Shown piece by piece: positions 9,427 to 20,105 of a stretch of 64,000 bases of DNA (positions within the stretch are counted from its first letter, which is position 1; each line of letters starts with the position of its first letter). A program made the position numbers and the translations under genes. The stretch is from Candidatus Bathyarchaeota archaeon (GTDB taxonomy: Archaea > Thermoproteota > Bathyarchaeia > Bathyarchaeales > Bathycorpusculaceae), in the NCBI GenBank assembly GCA_963833575.1, contig CAWHXY010000007.1, positions 448,001 through 512,000 on the forward strand. Direction: 5' to 3'. The notes beneath the pieces were generated by a model. The model was not told where the DNA came from. It was given only the letters and a program-made list of their open reading frames with translations, and did no database searches.

Positions 9427-9747
9427 TTTTGAAAAGTAATTGATTGAGAACAAAATATCATTATACCAAAATTTAGTTAGCAGCTCCGAAAAATGGTTGA
9501 AATCTGCGAAAAGCTGCTGGGCAAGTAGTATTCCTTAAAAATTACAAACAATTGATCTATCAGGGTTTGTCGCTGCGTCATTTTAGTGAAATCAAAAATC
9601 ACTAATTAAATTGGTACGTTCATTTTTACCCGCAAAATGGCTTGTTGAATCATTTTGTTGGTTTGTTATGTTACGATTTTGGAATATTGCTTATATGGTT
9701 TTTTTGTGTTTGCCTTATTTAACGCGTGTGAGGGGTTGTAACTTAGT

Positions 9748-10011
9748 TTGCCGAAGCGTGGTTGGGGAACTATAACAATTGATATCTTAGAGGCGACTTT
9801 GACTCCTCAGAAGAAAATGAGAATAATGTACCGATCAAATTTGAATTATGCCCGTTTCAACAAATATTTTTCTGATTGCTTGAAGAAAGGTTTCATAGAA
9901 GCGAAAGAAGACCCTGATGGAAAAGTGTGTTATCACATTTCTCCACGAGGCAAAACTTTGTTGGCAGTTCTTAGGAAGGCACAGGAACTCACGGTTTCTA
10001 ATGAACTGTAA
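9748..10011 (+). CDS. Winged-helix transcriptional regulator (small archaeal wHTH)
   Basis: IDILE...KKMRIMYRSNLNY..F.KY...YHISPRGK. Confidence 0.85.
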   Translation: MPKRGWGTITIDILEATLTPQKKMRIMYRSNLNYARFNKYFSDCLKKGFIEAKEDPDGKVCYHISPRGKTLLAVLRKAQELTVSNEL

Positions 10012-10122
10012 GAGTGCAGTTTCCGGAAAAACGACTATACTGGACACAACGCTGGAAACATTATAATATTATATGCGACGGGTAAACAAACTATTCGTCT
10101 CTTTTTTCGCGGTCTTTTCTTT

Positions 10123-10347
10123 TTACTCTTTTATTTTACGTTCCATCTCTGCTCTTTTATTAGTTGTCCAAGTTGCGTCTATTTTCCCTTTGTCAATCGT
10201 GCCAATTTTTATGGATAAAGCAATAATCAAAAAGGCATCCAAAAAACCTGCGATTAGAGATAACAAGTAATTAAATGAAATCAGACCAATCATTAATAGA
10301 ATGCTGCAAGGTACAACGAACCAAGTTAATTGAACCATAATCTCCAA
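10123..10347 (-). CDS. Small membrane protein
   Basis: Two hydrophobic helices and a basic tail. Confidence 0.45.
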   Translation of the reverse strand: MEIMVQLTWFVVPCSILLMIGLISFNYLLSLIAGFLDAFLIIALSIKIGTIDKGKIDATWTTNKRAEMERKIKE

Positions 10348-10489
10348 ACTCTTATCTGCGTTAAAGCAGCGTGTGACTTTATCTTTTAAGCGTTTTTAAC
10401 ATGAGGGAATATACATTAAAAGTGTTTTTCATAGTTCTCAATTTAACTAGAGAAGAAAATGCTACAATAGTCTTTTTGATTTGAATTTT

Positions 10490-10508
10490 GGGTTTGCTGC
10501 GGCTCTGG
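10490..10508. repeat. Solo (half) copy of the beta-propeller-associated hairpin element
   Basis: GGGTTTGCTGCGGCTCTGG matches the left arm GGGTTTGCTGAGGCTCTGG at 18/19 positions, preceded by TGAATTTT as at 26641. Confidence 0.8.
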
Positions 10509-10653
10509 GCATTTTCTTCGTTAAATCTTTGAAAACGCTTCTTTAAAATAAAAACGGTGTAGTGGAGGTAGTGTCTCCAGTGAAGGGGCGTTTTAGTCTC
10601 ACCCAAATTATTGCCTGACACTTCGAGAAGCTGGTGGGTGGAGCTGGAATTAA

Positions 10654-12264
10654 TTATGTCACGGCGAAATTGGTCTTTCCTGCAAAACTTTGATACCCTT
10701 TCATTACGACATTGGTTAGTATTGTCCAAGTTCCCGTTGGAGTTCCGCTACGTGATAATTGATAGTTAAAATTGGCTACACCATTAAAGGCTGTATTTTT
10801 GTTCTGGGTCCAAACTGTCGAACCACTTGGATTTATGATGCTAACTGTTACGGATGCGCCTTGCAATGATTTTCCACTTATTGCGTCTTTCACATTAACT
10901 GTTATTGAAACAGAAGAACCTAAGTTGTATGATTGTTTGTTTGTATTTGTTGTGGCGGTTAATGTCGGAATTGGTTTTGGAGTTGATGTGGGGTTTGGAG
11001 TAGCGGTTGGTGTTGGAGACGGAGAAGCAGTAGGTGTAGGAGATGGTGAAGGAGTGGGTGAAGGCGACGGAGTTGTTCCATCGGAAAGTTGGAAGCCAAA
11101 GTGAACGTCTATTATTTGAGAAGAGGTTATGGGACCAAACTCGTTGTCAGCAAAGTATACGTTGTCATTTACAACATCTATTGCCATCCACCTGTCATTG
11201 AAACCTAAACTATTGCTTATTGCAAATAGAGGTATCATTGTTTGAGAAGTCATGTTCCATAAATATATGGTTGGTTGGAATAATTCTTGTCTTGCACATA
11301 TTTCCCACAGAAACATTGATTGTGAATCAATAGCTTCTATTGCTGGATGGTCTTCAGCTGTGGTTTCTGCAAATCCTGAGTCATACATTTGCCAATTTCC
11401 AGTTGTGCTTTTGTAAATAAAGCGGTATGTACTTACTCCTGAAGTTTCATTCGAAAGTAATCCTACTGTTATCCAATTGTTGTTTGCAGATATATGCGGA
11501 AAGTATGCTCCTGGCCCCAGATTATAAGCATAGGTTACATATTCAGTTGACCAACTTGCTAAATCTGCTGAGCTGAAAACTTTTGTTGTTACCCATCCGT
11601 TGCTTCCGCCCCCATTGTTCATGTAGGAAACATATACTTTGCCGTTAAAAATGACTGGTGTAATTTCTAAACCGCTATTCGTATCTTTTCCAATATTTAC
11701 AAAATGATAAGCTGATGGATTATTTGCTTGGTTGGGGTTTACTGACCACACACCTACAGAGTGATTTTGCATATCACAACCAAATAACAGCAAGTTGTGT
11801 AAATTGTCGTAGATAGTTTGTGTAAAGGCATTACATGTTGAGAAAGCCATTGTAACATGAGTAACTTCAGCTAAAGTTGTTTCATTGTAAACAGCAAGCA
11901 CAGTATTAGATGTTTGATACCCAATCATTGGAACATAAATCAAACCATTATAAACATACGCTTCAAAAGCCTCAGCAGTGCTTTGAGTTAAATCTGAAAG
12001 AGGCGTGGAACTTATTAACGACCCAGATAAGTCACTTTTTCTCAATGTATTGTCACTTCTACTTGAGACCATCCATAAGTACCCATCATATATGCTGGGA
12101 TAACTCAAATGGGCACTGTTGTCCGTACTAAGTACTGTATAGGAAGTTGGCACGATATCTGAACTTGATAAACTTCCCTTTGCACTATCTGCATAAATTG
12201 TTGTAACAAAAATTGAACCACAAAACATTAAAATCATAATAATAGTTATTTTTTTATATTTCAT
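10654..12264 (-). CDS. Secreted protein: beta-rich (propeller-like) domain, Pro/Thr/Ser linker, C-terminal Ig-like domain
   Basis: Signal peptide MKYKKITIIMILMFCG after an AGGTGA RBS (start 12264), PSPSPTPSPSPT linker, TNKQSYNLGSSVSITVNV Ig-like module. Confidence 0.8.
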   Translation of the reverse strand: MKYKKITIIMILMFCGSIFVTTIYADSAKGSLSSSDIVPTSYTVLSTDNSAHLSYPSIYDGYLWMVSSRSDNTLRKSDLSGSLISSTPLSDLTQSTAEAFEAYVYNGLIYVPMIGYQTSNTVLAVYNETTLAEVTHVTMAFSTCNAFTQTIYDNLHNLLLFGCDMQNHSVGVWSVNPNQANNPSAYHFVNIGKDTNSGLEITPVIFNGKVYVSYMNNGGGSNGWVTTKVFSSADLASWSTEYVTYAYNLGPGAYFPHISANNNWITVGLLSNETSGVSTYRFIYKSTTGNWQMYDSGFAETTAEDHPAIEAIDSQSMFLWEICARQELFQPTIYLWNMTSQTMIPLFAISNSLGFNDRWMAIDVVNDNVYFADNEFGPITSSQIIDVHFGFQLSDGTTPSPSPTPSPSPTPTASPSPTPTATPNPTSTPKPIPTLTATTNTNKQSYNLGSSVSITVNVKDAISGKSLQGASVTVSIINPSGSTVWTQNKNTAFNGVANFNYQLSRSGTPTGTWTILTNVVMKGYQSFAGKTNFAVT

Positions 12265-12308
12265 TTTTCTCACCTTTCTTGATAAGCGAGCGCTTCCCAT
12301 CAGTCTAA

Positions 12309-12578
12309 ATGTCTATTACTTTCTGTTTTTGTTTTATGTTTTGTGGGTCAATTGTCCATAAAAAAGAGAAATTGCGAAAGACGCATCCAATAGCATTAAG
12401 GTCCACAACATCTCCAACAACTAACCCAAATATCTGCGACCTGCCAACTTCAATAACTCAATCAATGACCTCTCCAACACCTACAGTCATAGAGTTACAA
12501 ACATGGATTGTGCTACTTTTTGCAGTTACAACACTTCTATTAACTATAATTGTCAGAAGGAAGATGCCTAAAAAATAG
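12309..12578 (+). pseudogene. Probable remnant C-terminus of a PEF-CTERM-like anchored protein
   Basis: Thr/Pro-rich stretch, PTPTVIEL (degenerate VPEF), TM helix, RRK tail. No credible N-terminal domain. Confidence 0.45.
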
Positions 12579-12744
12579 CTCGCTTTCTCTTTTTGTCATC
12601 TTCTGTAAGTGAATGCTCGTTTTTCAAGGCCTCTGTTATTAGTTCATGAGTTTCATATGAGCTCAATTGAAGTTACGATGGTTGGGATATTCAGGGTGTA
12701 ACGTATATGAGCGCGAATAATCACTAACCATTTGGTGTTTTTAG

Positions 12745-13047
12745 ATGGTTGTTGCCAGATTTGCCAAGTTCTACTTCAAAGATGACAAACGTGAGGAAGG
12801 ATTTTCAGAGTTAGACCTTATATTAAACAAACAGGTACGAAGCGCAAAAGGTTATCGAGGCTATGTTTCGATGTTTTCATGTGACCAAGATAACGTTGCC
12901 ACAATTCTAACGATGTGGGAAGACAATGAATCTTTTTTAGGTTCTCAAGAGCTATTTTCTACAGCAATTAACAAAGTTACGCCTTTTTTTGAAAAGCAAC
13001 CTGATGTAGAACAATATAGAATTGATACAGTCAATTTCAATCCGTAG
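12745..13047 (+). CDS. Antibiotic biosynthesis monooxygenase (ABM)-like dimeric alpha/beta barrel protein
   Basis: About 100 aa, AKGYRG....LTMWED..PDVEQY pattern. Confidence 0.7.
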   Translation: MVVARFAKFYFKDDKREEGFSELDLILNKQVRSAKGYRGYVSMFSCDQDNVATILTMWEDNESFLGSQELFSTAINKVTPFFEKQPDVEQYRIDTVNFNP

Positions 13048-13186
13048 GAAGTTATTGAACCTGATTGGGCTGAGCGTTTCTTTTAGTGAAATTCTTTAGA
13101 ATTAGGCAAAAGAGGGAGTTGATCGCTCTCGGCCGAGGGGAAAACATCCTAATATATTCAGAGACTACCCAATTAGGGGCGAGTGC

Positions 13187-13798
13187 ATGACAAGAACTTT
13201 AATTGTTAACTGTTCATTGAAAGATATTGAAAACAAGGTATTGTTTGACGCAATCAGTAAGTTTAGTGACTGCAAAGTTATTCCTTTTGGAGAAATAGAT
13301 TCTGATTACCAAGTCGACAAACAAGTAGACGCTGTAGTTTTGAGTGGCTCTGCAGCTAGGATTGTTGACGATTTGCATAGAGCCATGTTTGAAGGAACCG
13401 CCAATTTGATAAGAAAATTCAATCGACCGATGTTGGGCATTTGTTTTGGTCACCAGTTGCTTTGTTGGGCATGTGGTGCAACAGTTGGCTCCCTTAATCA
13501 ACCCGTTCAGGGTAGGTTCGAAAAAATTGGTGTAATTGCAGGTAATGAGTTATTTGAGGGTATTACTCAACCCATCCTAGCTGAGAATCACTACGATTAT
13601 GTTTTAAAAGAAAGTTTAGGCAAGGCAGGCTTTGTTCTACTTGCGGATTCCCCTTCTTGTGAGACTGAAGCAGTCAAACACAGAATAAAGCCCTTTTATG
13701 GCGTTCAGTTTCATCCCGAACGAGTAAAAGTAAATAATGAGGTTCACGCGGACGGGCACAGAGTGTTAGAGAATTTTTTTAAGAATGTTGTTAGGTGA
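13187..13798 (+). CDS. Class I glutamine amidotransferase (GMP synthase A-like)
   Basis: VVLSGS, PMLGICFGHQ, GVQFHPE catalytic triad motifs. Confidence 0.92.
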   Translation: MTRTLIVNCSLKDIENKVLFDAISKFSDCKVIPFGEIDSDYQVDKQVDAVVLSGSAARIVDDLHRAMFEGTANLIRKFNRPMLGICFGHQLLCWACGATVGSLNQPVQGRFEKIGVIAGNELFEGITQPILAENHYDYVLKESLGKAGFVLLADSPSCETEAVKHRIKPFYGVQFHPERVKVNNEVHADGHRVLENFFKNVVR

Positions 13799-13944
13799 TT
13801 TGTTGTCCTTTCGAATGAGATGGTGTTGGAATCAAATTGGTTAGACGGTTTTGCTATCTTTAAAAACATGTCTACGAAGTTAACTGGTCAATAACTCGTA
13901 GAGCAAAATATTTGGCATAACTTCTACTAAGTTAGAAAATCTAT

Positions 13945-14202
13945 TTAGAAATGTGTTCTAGAGACTTCCGCTTCTGTCAATATTAGAGTTAAGGTTGATC
14001 GAACTTTGTCAATGTTACGAATTTTATGTGAAACTGAAGACTTTAGCTCGTCCATAGTGTCTGCCTTGACGCGTACAATCAAATCGTATACACCATACGA
14101 CACGAAAGCTTCTTCTACGTTACACATTTTCTTAAGCTCTTTTAGAACAATATCTTCTGAACCCGACTCAACATTAATCAAAATATAAGCTCGCATAATC
14201 AA
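13945..14202 (-). CDS. Stand-alone Lrp/AsnC ligand-binding (RAM) domain protein
   Basis: AYILINVE.G, YGVYDLIVRV, VRSTLTLI. Confidence 0.9.
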   Translation of the reverse strand: MIMRAYILINVESGSEDIVLKELKKMCNVEEAFVSYGVYDLIVRVKADTMDELKSSVSHKIRNIDKVRSTLTLILTEAEVSRTHF

Positions 14203-14285
14203 ACACCTATTTTCTAATAAGCGTGAAGTTAATTAAATAGTTTGACACGAAAAGACAAAGCAATGAAAGGGCGCGCGGCGCACGT

Positions 14286-14861
14286 TCATATCTCTTTTCC
14301 AATCGAGAACGCTTGCCCTACGCCTTTTCCAACTTTATGATATGACATCCCTGCAGCATTCCAGATGATCGGGTTCGTTTTTTCAATGTCTGGAAGGTTC
14401 TTTTCATTAAGCACGGACGAATCGGCTTTGACATCTATTATTTCACCTATGAACTCTGTGTGTAGCCCAATTTCAACAATCTTAAGAACTTTGCATTCTA
14501 TAATCAGAGAAAATTCTTTCACATAGGGTGCATCAACAAGATCACTCTTCACAGGAGTAAGTCCTGTTGCTGAGAATTTATCCACCGTTCTCCCCGATGT
14601 GATGCCAAAATAATCAGCTTCCTTGGCATAAGTTTCGGATGGAATACTCACGGTAAACGCTTTACGTTCTACAATATTACCGTAGGTATATGTTGCTTTT
14701 CTCAGAGATACATAGATACACGGCGGTTGGGAACAACAAATTCCTCCCCAAGCGGCAGTCATAACATTTGGTTTTCCCTCTCGGTCATAAGTTCCTACAA
14801 CCCAGACAGGTGTCGTGGGAACGATAGTCTTTGCTCCTAAGGATTTTTTCATGGTAAACAA
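14286..14861 (-). CDS. Flavin reductase family protein (flavoredoxin-like)
   Basis: [28 protein letters not shown]...[13 protein letters not shown]. Confidence 0.92.
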   Translation of the reverse strand: MFTMKKSLGAKTIVPTTPVWVVGTYDREGKPNVMTAAWGGICCSQPPCIYVSLRKATYTYGNIVERKAFTVSIPSETYAKEADYFGITSGRTVDKFSATGLTPVKSDLVDAPYVKEFSLIIECKVLKIVEIGLHTEFIGEIIDVKADSSVLNEKNLPDIEKTNPIIWNAAGMSYHKVGKGVGQAFSIGKEI

Positions 14862-14992
14862 TCCCTCAAGTAAATGCTATTGCCATTTTTACTTAATAAT
14901 GTGCGCTCATCTTTTCTCGCGCCACTTTAAACGATAGAGCGTAAAGTCTATAGTTAACTTTAGACATTGATTTTCTTGTTTTCGGAAAGGAG

Positions 14993-15658
14993 TTGTTTAG
15001 TTTGGATTTACCCGTAGATGTTGATTGTAATCTGATGATTGATCGAGTTATCGAGTCTCGAAGGTCGATCAGAAAGTTTAAGCCGGAAGCTCCTTCAAAA
15101 GAGCTAATAGAGCAAATTCTTCAAGCAGGCCTTCAAGCTCCATACGCCTCGGCAAGCGTCTCAAGAGAAGACTTTAGAAGATTCACAGTTATCCCGCGAG
15201 AAAGCAAAGCAACCGCTCAAGTCGCCGCAATTTTAAAACGTAAAGCTGAATTTTGGAGCAAACAAATGGAGCTTCAAATGCATCATGACGAATTCACTAA
15301 GCAACATGCAGGACCTTTTCTTGAGCGTCTCAAATTGATGGGTGAGCACGGCGTGCCAAACATAGGAAAAGCGCCTTACTATATCGTGGTGGCTGAACAA
15401 CGAGGGATTCCTCCTGTCGAGCATCTTTCGCTGGCACACTGTCTTCAAAACATGTGGTTAAAGGCGGCAGCTTTGGGCTTAGGCTTACAGCTTCTTTCAA
15501 TAACCCAACAATTAGACACGGATAGAGAATTCTGCGACCTGATAAAAATTCCGATTGGCGAATTTGTAATTGACGGCTGCCTAATAGGCTACCCCGACAT
15601 GAAGCCTCCAACACCAAAAAGACCAAACTTAGCCAATGTAACCGAATGGATAAACTAA
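14993..15658 (+). CDS. Nitroreductase family protein
   Basis: IESRRSIRKF, AGLQAPYA, QNMWLKAAALGLG, IGYP. Confidence 0.92.
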   Translation: MFSLDLPVDVDCNLMIDRVIESRRSIRKFKPEAPSKELIEQILQAGLQAPYASASVSREDFRRFTVIPRESKATAQVAAILKRKAEFWSKQMELQMHHDEFTKQHAGPFLERLKLMGEHGVPNIGKAPYYIVVAEQRGIPPVEHLSLAHCLQNMWLKAAALGLGLQLLSITQQLDTDREFCDLIKIPIGEFVIDGCLIGYPDMKPPTPKRPNLANVTEWIN

Positions 15659-16145
15659 CTCGGATTTTTTTCCTTCCTAAATAATCTTGTTACAATCGTC
15701 CAAGTTTCGTTTGGTGCAGCAATTTCCGTCGAACTTACAAAGTATTGAACTTAGTAAAGACGAAATCTTTAATTTTTTAAGCAATGAGCTCAAACCAGTT
15801 CGGGGGCAAGCTCGGTCTACCCCACTCTTAGCATGTTTTTGCCAGTAAACTAGGGATAAAATCCTCCTTTACGTTCGATAGGAGGGCGATGAGAAAGACA
15901 AATAGAGAGAGAGCGCTAAACTAAAAACGTCTCTTAGAATTAACCTATTATGATTTTAAAGTCAGTATTAAATGGAATGATATCTTAGTCGTCACGCGAT
16001 TTGCTGATTTTATCTTTTGTCCGTCCCTCGATAGAAATAATACACTTCATCAGGTGCCACCACTCAACCCAATGACATCAAGAGTTTAAATGATCTTCGA
16101 TTGCATTGTAAATAGAAGTTTATTTCAATAGTTTACATTTAGAAA

Positions 16146-16240
16146 GGGTTTGCTGAGGCTCTGGCACAGAAATATAGGACCAAAGAATGTAAAACACGAA
16201 CGTGAACATCGTGAATTTTCTCCAGAGCCTGTTCAGCCCC
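16146..16240 (-). repeat. Conserved hairpin element, copy 1 (3' of beta-propeller gene 1)
   Basis: Arms GGGTTTGCTGAGGCTCTGG (16146-16164) and CCAGAGCCTGTTCAGCCCC (16222-16240). Confidence 0.9.
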
Positions 16241-16304
16241 AATTTTTTTCTTCATTTTGTTTTAGAGGACTAAAAAAAGGGAAAGTGGTTTTTGTTGTTG
16301 GTGT

Positions 16305-18926
16305 CTATGGTCTTTTTCTGAGCATCAGTAATGCCAGTATTGCGAATCCAATTATGATGAGGACAATTATGGCTACTACTGAGGGAATGAAGTATAGGTC
16401 AGCTGTGGATGGTGCTGGGGTTGGAGCTGGCGATGCTGTTGGTGCTGCATTTGCAACGTTGAATGATGTTTCAGCGGCAGATGGATAATATGATTCGGAG
16501 CCTGCGAATTTAGCGTAGACGGTGTAGTCGCCAGATATGTTCGGAGTCCATGTGAAGGTGAACATGCCGCTGCCGTCGCTTGTGGTGGTGCCTATTTGTC
16601 TGTAGTTGCCGTTTGCGTCAAGAACGTAGATGCTGACTGGAACACCTGTCACGTTTGTTGGGCATTGCTGTTGCATGTATACGTATTCCATCCAGCCACT
16701 TTGGCTTGCGTCAGAAACAGCTGGGACACCGCTGGGGAAGTTTGCGGCTTGCGCTTGTTGTTGGGTGCCGGCAGAGATGTCGGTTACTGTACCTCGTATC
16801 ACCATTGATGAACCAAACGGTTGAGCTTCGACGGTCATAGCGCTGGGTCCTTTGCCATAGGCGTATAGTTGGTTGTCATATGCATTAAGAGCTATCATTG
16901 TGCCATCTACAATGGGAGCCGCGTTGGTAACGTCAAATCCTAGTATCTCCCAGATTAACGATCCATCAGTAATGTTTATGGCCAGTTGCTGTGCGCCGCG
17001 GAATAATGGTGGACTGTACTCATGACCTACGTTGAGGAAATAAACTCCATCAGCAATGGATCCTCCGCTAAAGACCCAGAGAGGCCACACACCGTAAGGA
17101 GTATCAGATCCCGCTTCGCCAATGAGAGTGTTAGTGTTTGTGTACCAGTTTTCTTTTCCAGTATTTACGTCCACAGACCATATGTCGCCTCCGAAGCCTA
17201 TGATGTATAGTGTTCCATTAGCAAGTTCAGTCTGGTAGCCGCCGATGCTGTCGTAAGGATCCGGCACAGGGTAATTCCCATTATCACCAGTGAGGGCTAC
17301 TGGACCCCATACCAAAGATCCAGTATTCAAACTGTAAGCTCTGATTGTTCCCAAGTCTGCATCAAGTCTAACGTAGACGCCGTATCCAACTTTGGTGATT
17401 TGGTCTCTTGCGAAGGCATTTAGCGTTCGATTAGTTATCCATAGCTGTGCACCTGTGTTTGCATTGAAACCTGCTTCGATTCCAAAGCCAGTATTGAAGG
17501 TTCCTGACACGTCCGGAGCAGGAACCGCTGTCATTAGCACTACGCCGCTGTTGACACTGTTAATGGCGAGAGTCTGTGGCAGAGGAACATTTGAAAGGCT
17601 GGTAGGTAACGGTACTGTCCAAACTATTCCACGTTTGAAGTCAATGACTTGGTTTTGTAGAGGTCTCCAATTCCAGTTTGCCACGGTAATTCCTGGCACG
17701 AATTGGCTGGTGGGGTAAAGAATTGCTTGTGTCGAGTTCCACATGTTCAGTGTTGGGGCGGTTGGAATAGTTGAGTTGACATAGTAACCTATCAAATTCC
17801 CGCTGGCATCCTCTGTAAGTGTCATTGCAGAACCGTTTACAATGCTTAGGATGAAGTTTCCCGTTTGGGCATCATACATATTCCAAACAGCGCCATTCAC
17901 ACTGGGACCAGTGCCGAGGTTAAAGGCGTTTATCAGCAGGGGGTTGCTCCATAAGTATGCAAGAGAGCCGTATTGGTTGGGGTTCACCATTTGGAGAAGT
18001 TGCCCGCATCTTAAAATGTCGGTTGTATTCTTTGTCCATAGTGTTTGTCCCGTGCGTATGTCTACTGCAACCCAGCCGCCTGGAGTAGTGTAGGAATTTG
18101 GGTATGTTACGTAATACATGACGCCGTTTATGATAATTGGCGCCCATTTTGGCTCATACTGCGATGTTGAATAATAGTTGCTTGTGTCAGTTCCGCCGAA
18201 TTCTCCGCCAACTAAACCTCCAAACGCTACCGGCTTTGTCCACAAGATGTGGGCGGCTTTTGGCGCTTGAGAGTATGGATTATAGTCTCCGGTGATGTTG
18301 TATTTTCCAGTGTTTGCAAATGATGATGCGCCGAACCCAAGCCAGTTACCCATAATAGTAGACCACAGCACGTTTCCCGATTGCACTGGACGAGTCCAGT
18401 AGCTTGTTGGAAGCGGATTTAACGGAAGAAGTGGAACTGGGTTCTGTTGCACTGTAAGATATGCTACTTCGCTAGTGGAAGCCAGAAAAGAGTCATTAAC
18501 ATATGGACTGGCTCCTCCTCCATTTTCGCCTGTTAATATTTGACTGGGAAAGTTGAACACGAAAGAGTAGTTGCCTAGTTGGCTTGGCGTGTAAAGCGTG
18601 AATGTTCCACCTGTATCGTCCGATGTGAATGGTCCTAGTGTTTCTGTGGTTCCGTCAGGATGTGTAACTGTCACCATAAAGTTGTGCCATCTGTCTCCCG
18701 TTGCTGCGCTGGCTGAGGGCGGGGGTATTTGTAGCCACATGCCTATTGTGACTTGTTGACCGAGACCTGCAGGGTTAGGTGCAACGTTAACGAAGGCTTG
18801 CGTTGGAATCTGCCATGCTGGCGTATGTGCATTAGTAGTTGGCATTAATGTCATTGAAGCTGCCATTGAAATTGTTAAGAGTAAAGCAATCATAATAGCT
18901 GCTATTTTATTTTTTATAATTGTCAT
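16305..18926 (-). CDS. PQQ-like beta-propeller repeat cell-surface protein, paralog 1
   Basis: Signal peptide, repeated [DN]xxTGxxxW propeller motifs, Ig-like terminal domains, Pro/Thr linker, TM helix + RKRP. Confidence 0.9.
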   Translation of the reverse strand: MTIIKNKIAAIMIALLLTISMAASMTLMPTTNAHTPAWQIPTQAFVNVAPNPAGLGQQVTIGMWLQIPPPSASAATGDRWHNFMVTVTHPDGTTETLGPFTSDDTGGTFTLYTPSQLGNYSFVFNFPSQILTGENGGGASPYVNDSFLASTSEVAYLTVQQNPVPLLPLNPLPTSYWTRPVQSGNVLWSTIMGNWLGFGASSFANTGKYNITGDYNPYSQAPKAAHILWTKPVAFGGLVGGEFGGTDTSNYYSTSQYEPKWAPIIINGVMYYVTYPNSYTTPGGWVAVDIRTGQTLWTKNTTDILRCGQLLQMVNPNQYGSLAYLWSNPLLINAFNLGTGPSVNGAVWNMYDAQTGNFILSIVNGSAMTLTEDASGNLIGYYVNSTIPTAPTLNMWNSTQAILYPTSQFVPGITVANWNWRPLQNQVIDFKRGIVWTVPLPTSLSNVPLPQTLAINSVNSGVVLMTAVPAPDVSGTFNTGFGIEAGFNANTGAQLWITNRTLNAFARDQITKVGYGVYVRLDADLGTIRAYSLNTGSLVWGPVALTGDNGNYPVPDPYDSIGGYQTELANGTLYIIGFGGDIWSVDVNTGKENWYTNTNTLIGEAGSDTPYGVWPLWVFSGGSIADGVYFLNVGHEYSPPLFRGAQQLAINITDGSLIWEILGFDVTNAAPIVDGTMIALNAYDNQLYAYGKGPSAMTVEAQPFGSSMVIRGTVTDISAGTQQQAQAANFPSGVPAVSDASQSGWMEYVYMQQQCPTNVTGVPVSIYVLDANGNYRQIGTTTSDGSGMFTFTWTPNISGDYTVYAKFAGSESYYPSAAETSFNVANAAPTASPAPTPAPSTADLYFIPSVVAIIVLIIIGFAILALLMLRKRP

Positions 18927-19118
18927 TTTTCTTTTCTCCTTTTCTTTCTGCTAACAATTTATGCGGGCGAAGTCAATTTAAGACCTGCGATAGAACAACA
19001 AAAATGTCTGACAAAGAAAACAAAAAGCAGCAGAATAGTCAATATTGTACGAAAAAAGACAACAAATATAAAACAGAAAAACACTTAAATGACACTTCAC
19101 TAACAAAATCACGAATGG

Positions 19119-20105
19119 TTGTTCTCAACGAAAGAAATTGATCATATTGATGCAATAATCATAAAGGAACTACTAAAAGACGGCCGAAGAAACTTCACTG
19201 AAATTGCAGAAGAATGCAACCTATCAAAAAGTATGATACAGAAACGGTACAGAGAACTAAAAAGCGCAGGCATAATTGTTGGCGCCACGGTTCAACTGGA
19301 TTACCCAAGTTTTGGCTTCAATGTAGTGGGAAACATTTTGTTCAAAGTCGAGCCTCAGCAAGCGGACCAGATCGTAGAGTACGTGAACAAAATGCCAAAC
19401 ATCCATGCCGCTTGGCGAACAGCCAGAACAAACGAAATAAATGCTGTAGCAGTAATGGAAGACCTTGAAAAGTTAGACAAAATCAAAGAAAGCATTAGAA
19501 AAATACCGCCAGCTTCGGAACTAAGAACGTATATTTGGACAGGCATAAGAAACATTAGAGAAAACTTGGCGATAACACCTCTGCAAATGCCGAACAAAAT
19601 GGACATAACAAACGAACATGTAACGAATAAGTCCAAAAGCACGGAAAGCAAAATTGACGAAACTGATAAGCGCATAATTGAGAAGCTTGCGGTTAATGGT
19701 AGAATATCTTTTAGGAAACTGGCGAAAGAACTGGCGATATCCACTGATACAGTTGCAAGAAGATATGAAAAACTGAAAAGAAATGGCATAATTAAGGTTT
19801 TAGTTCAAGTGGATACATCAAAGATTGGGTACAATGGTTACGCTACTTTCTATATTGCATTTCTACCTCAAAGCAGCTTGATTTCAATGGTAGAGAATCT
19901 TTGCAAAATCCCGGATGTAGTTTTGATTGTTCAGACCAGTGGAAGTTTTGACCTCTTGGTGGAAGCAATGATAAAAGATCTTGATCAATTATTATCGGTC
20001 CAAGATAGCATCACAAACATGCCTGGCGTCGCAAGGAGTGAAATGCATTTAAGTAGAACTAATGCCGTTTTTCCCACTCCCCGCGAGTATATATCAACAT
20101 TCTAA
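19119..20105 (+). CDS. Tandem (double) Lrp/AsnC transcriptional regulator
   Basis: Two HTH-RAM units: IDHIDAIIIKELLKDGRRNFTEIA and IDETDKRIIEKLAVNGRISFRKLA. Confidence 0.92.
   Translation: MFSTKEIDHIDAIIIKELLKDGRRNFTEIAEECNLSKSMIQKRYRELKSAGIIVGATVQLDYPSFGFNVVGNILFKVEPQQADQIVEYVNKMPNIHAAWRTARTNEINAVAVMEDLEKLDKIKESIRKIPPASELRTYIWTGIRNIRENLAITPLQMPNKMDITNEHVTNKSKSTESKIDETDKRIIEKLAVNGRISFRKLAKELAISTDTVARRYEKLKRNGIIKVLVQVDTSKIGYNGYATFYIAFLPQSSLISMVENLCKIPDVVLIVQTSGSFDLLVEAMIKDLDQLLSVQDSITNMPGVARSEMHLSRTNAVFPTPREYISTF

Noticed and set aside
15796-15830. GC-rich patch resembling a decayed tRNA 3' end (possible att site)
   Set aside because: No intact TTCRA T-loop or cloverleaf, and too degenerate to support.
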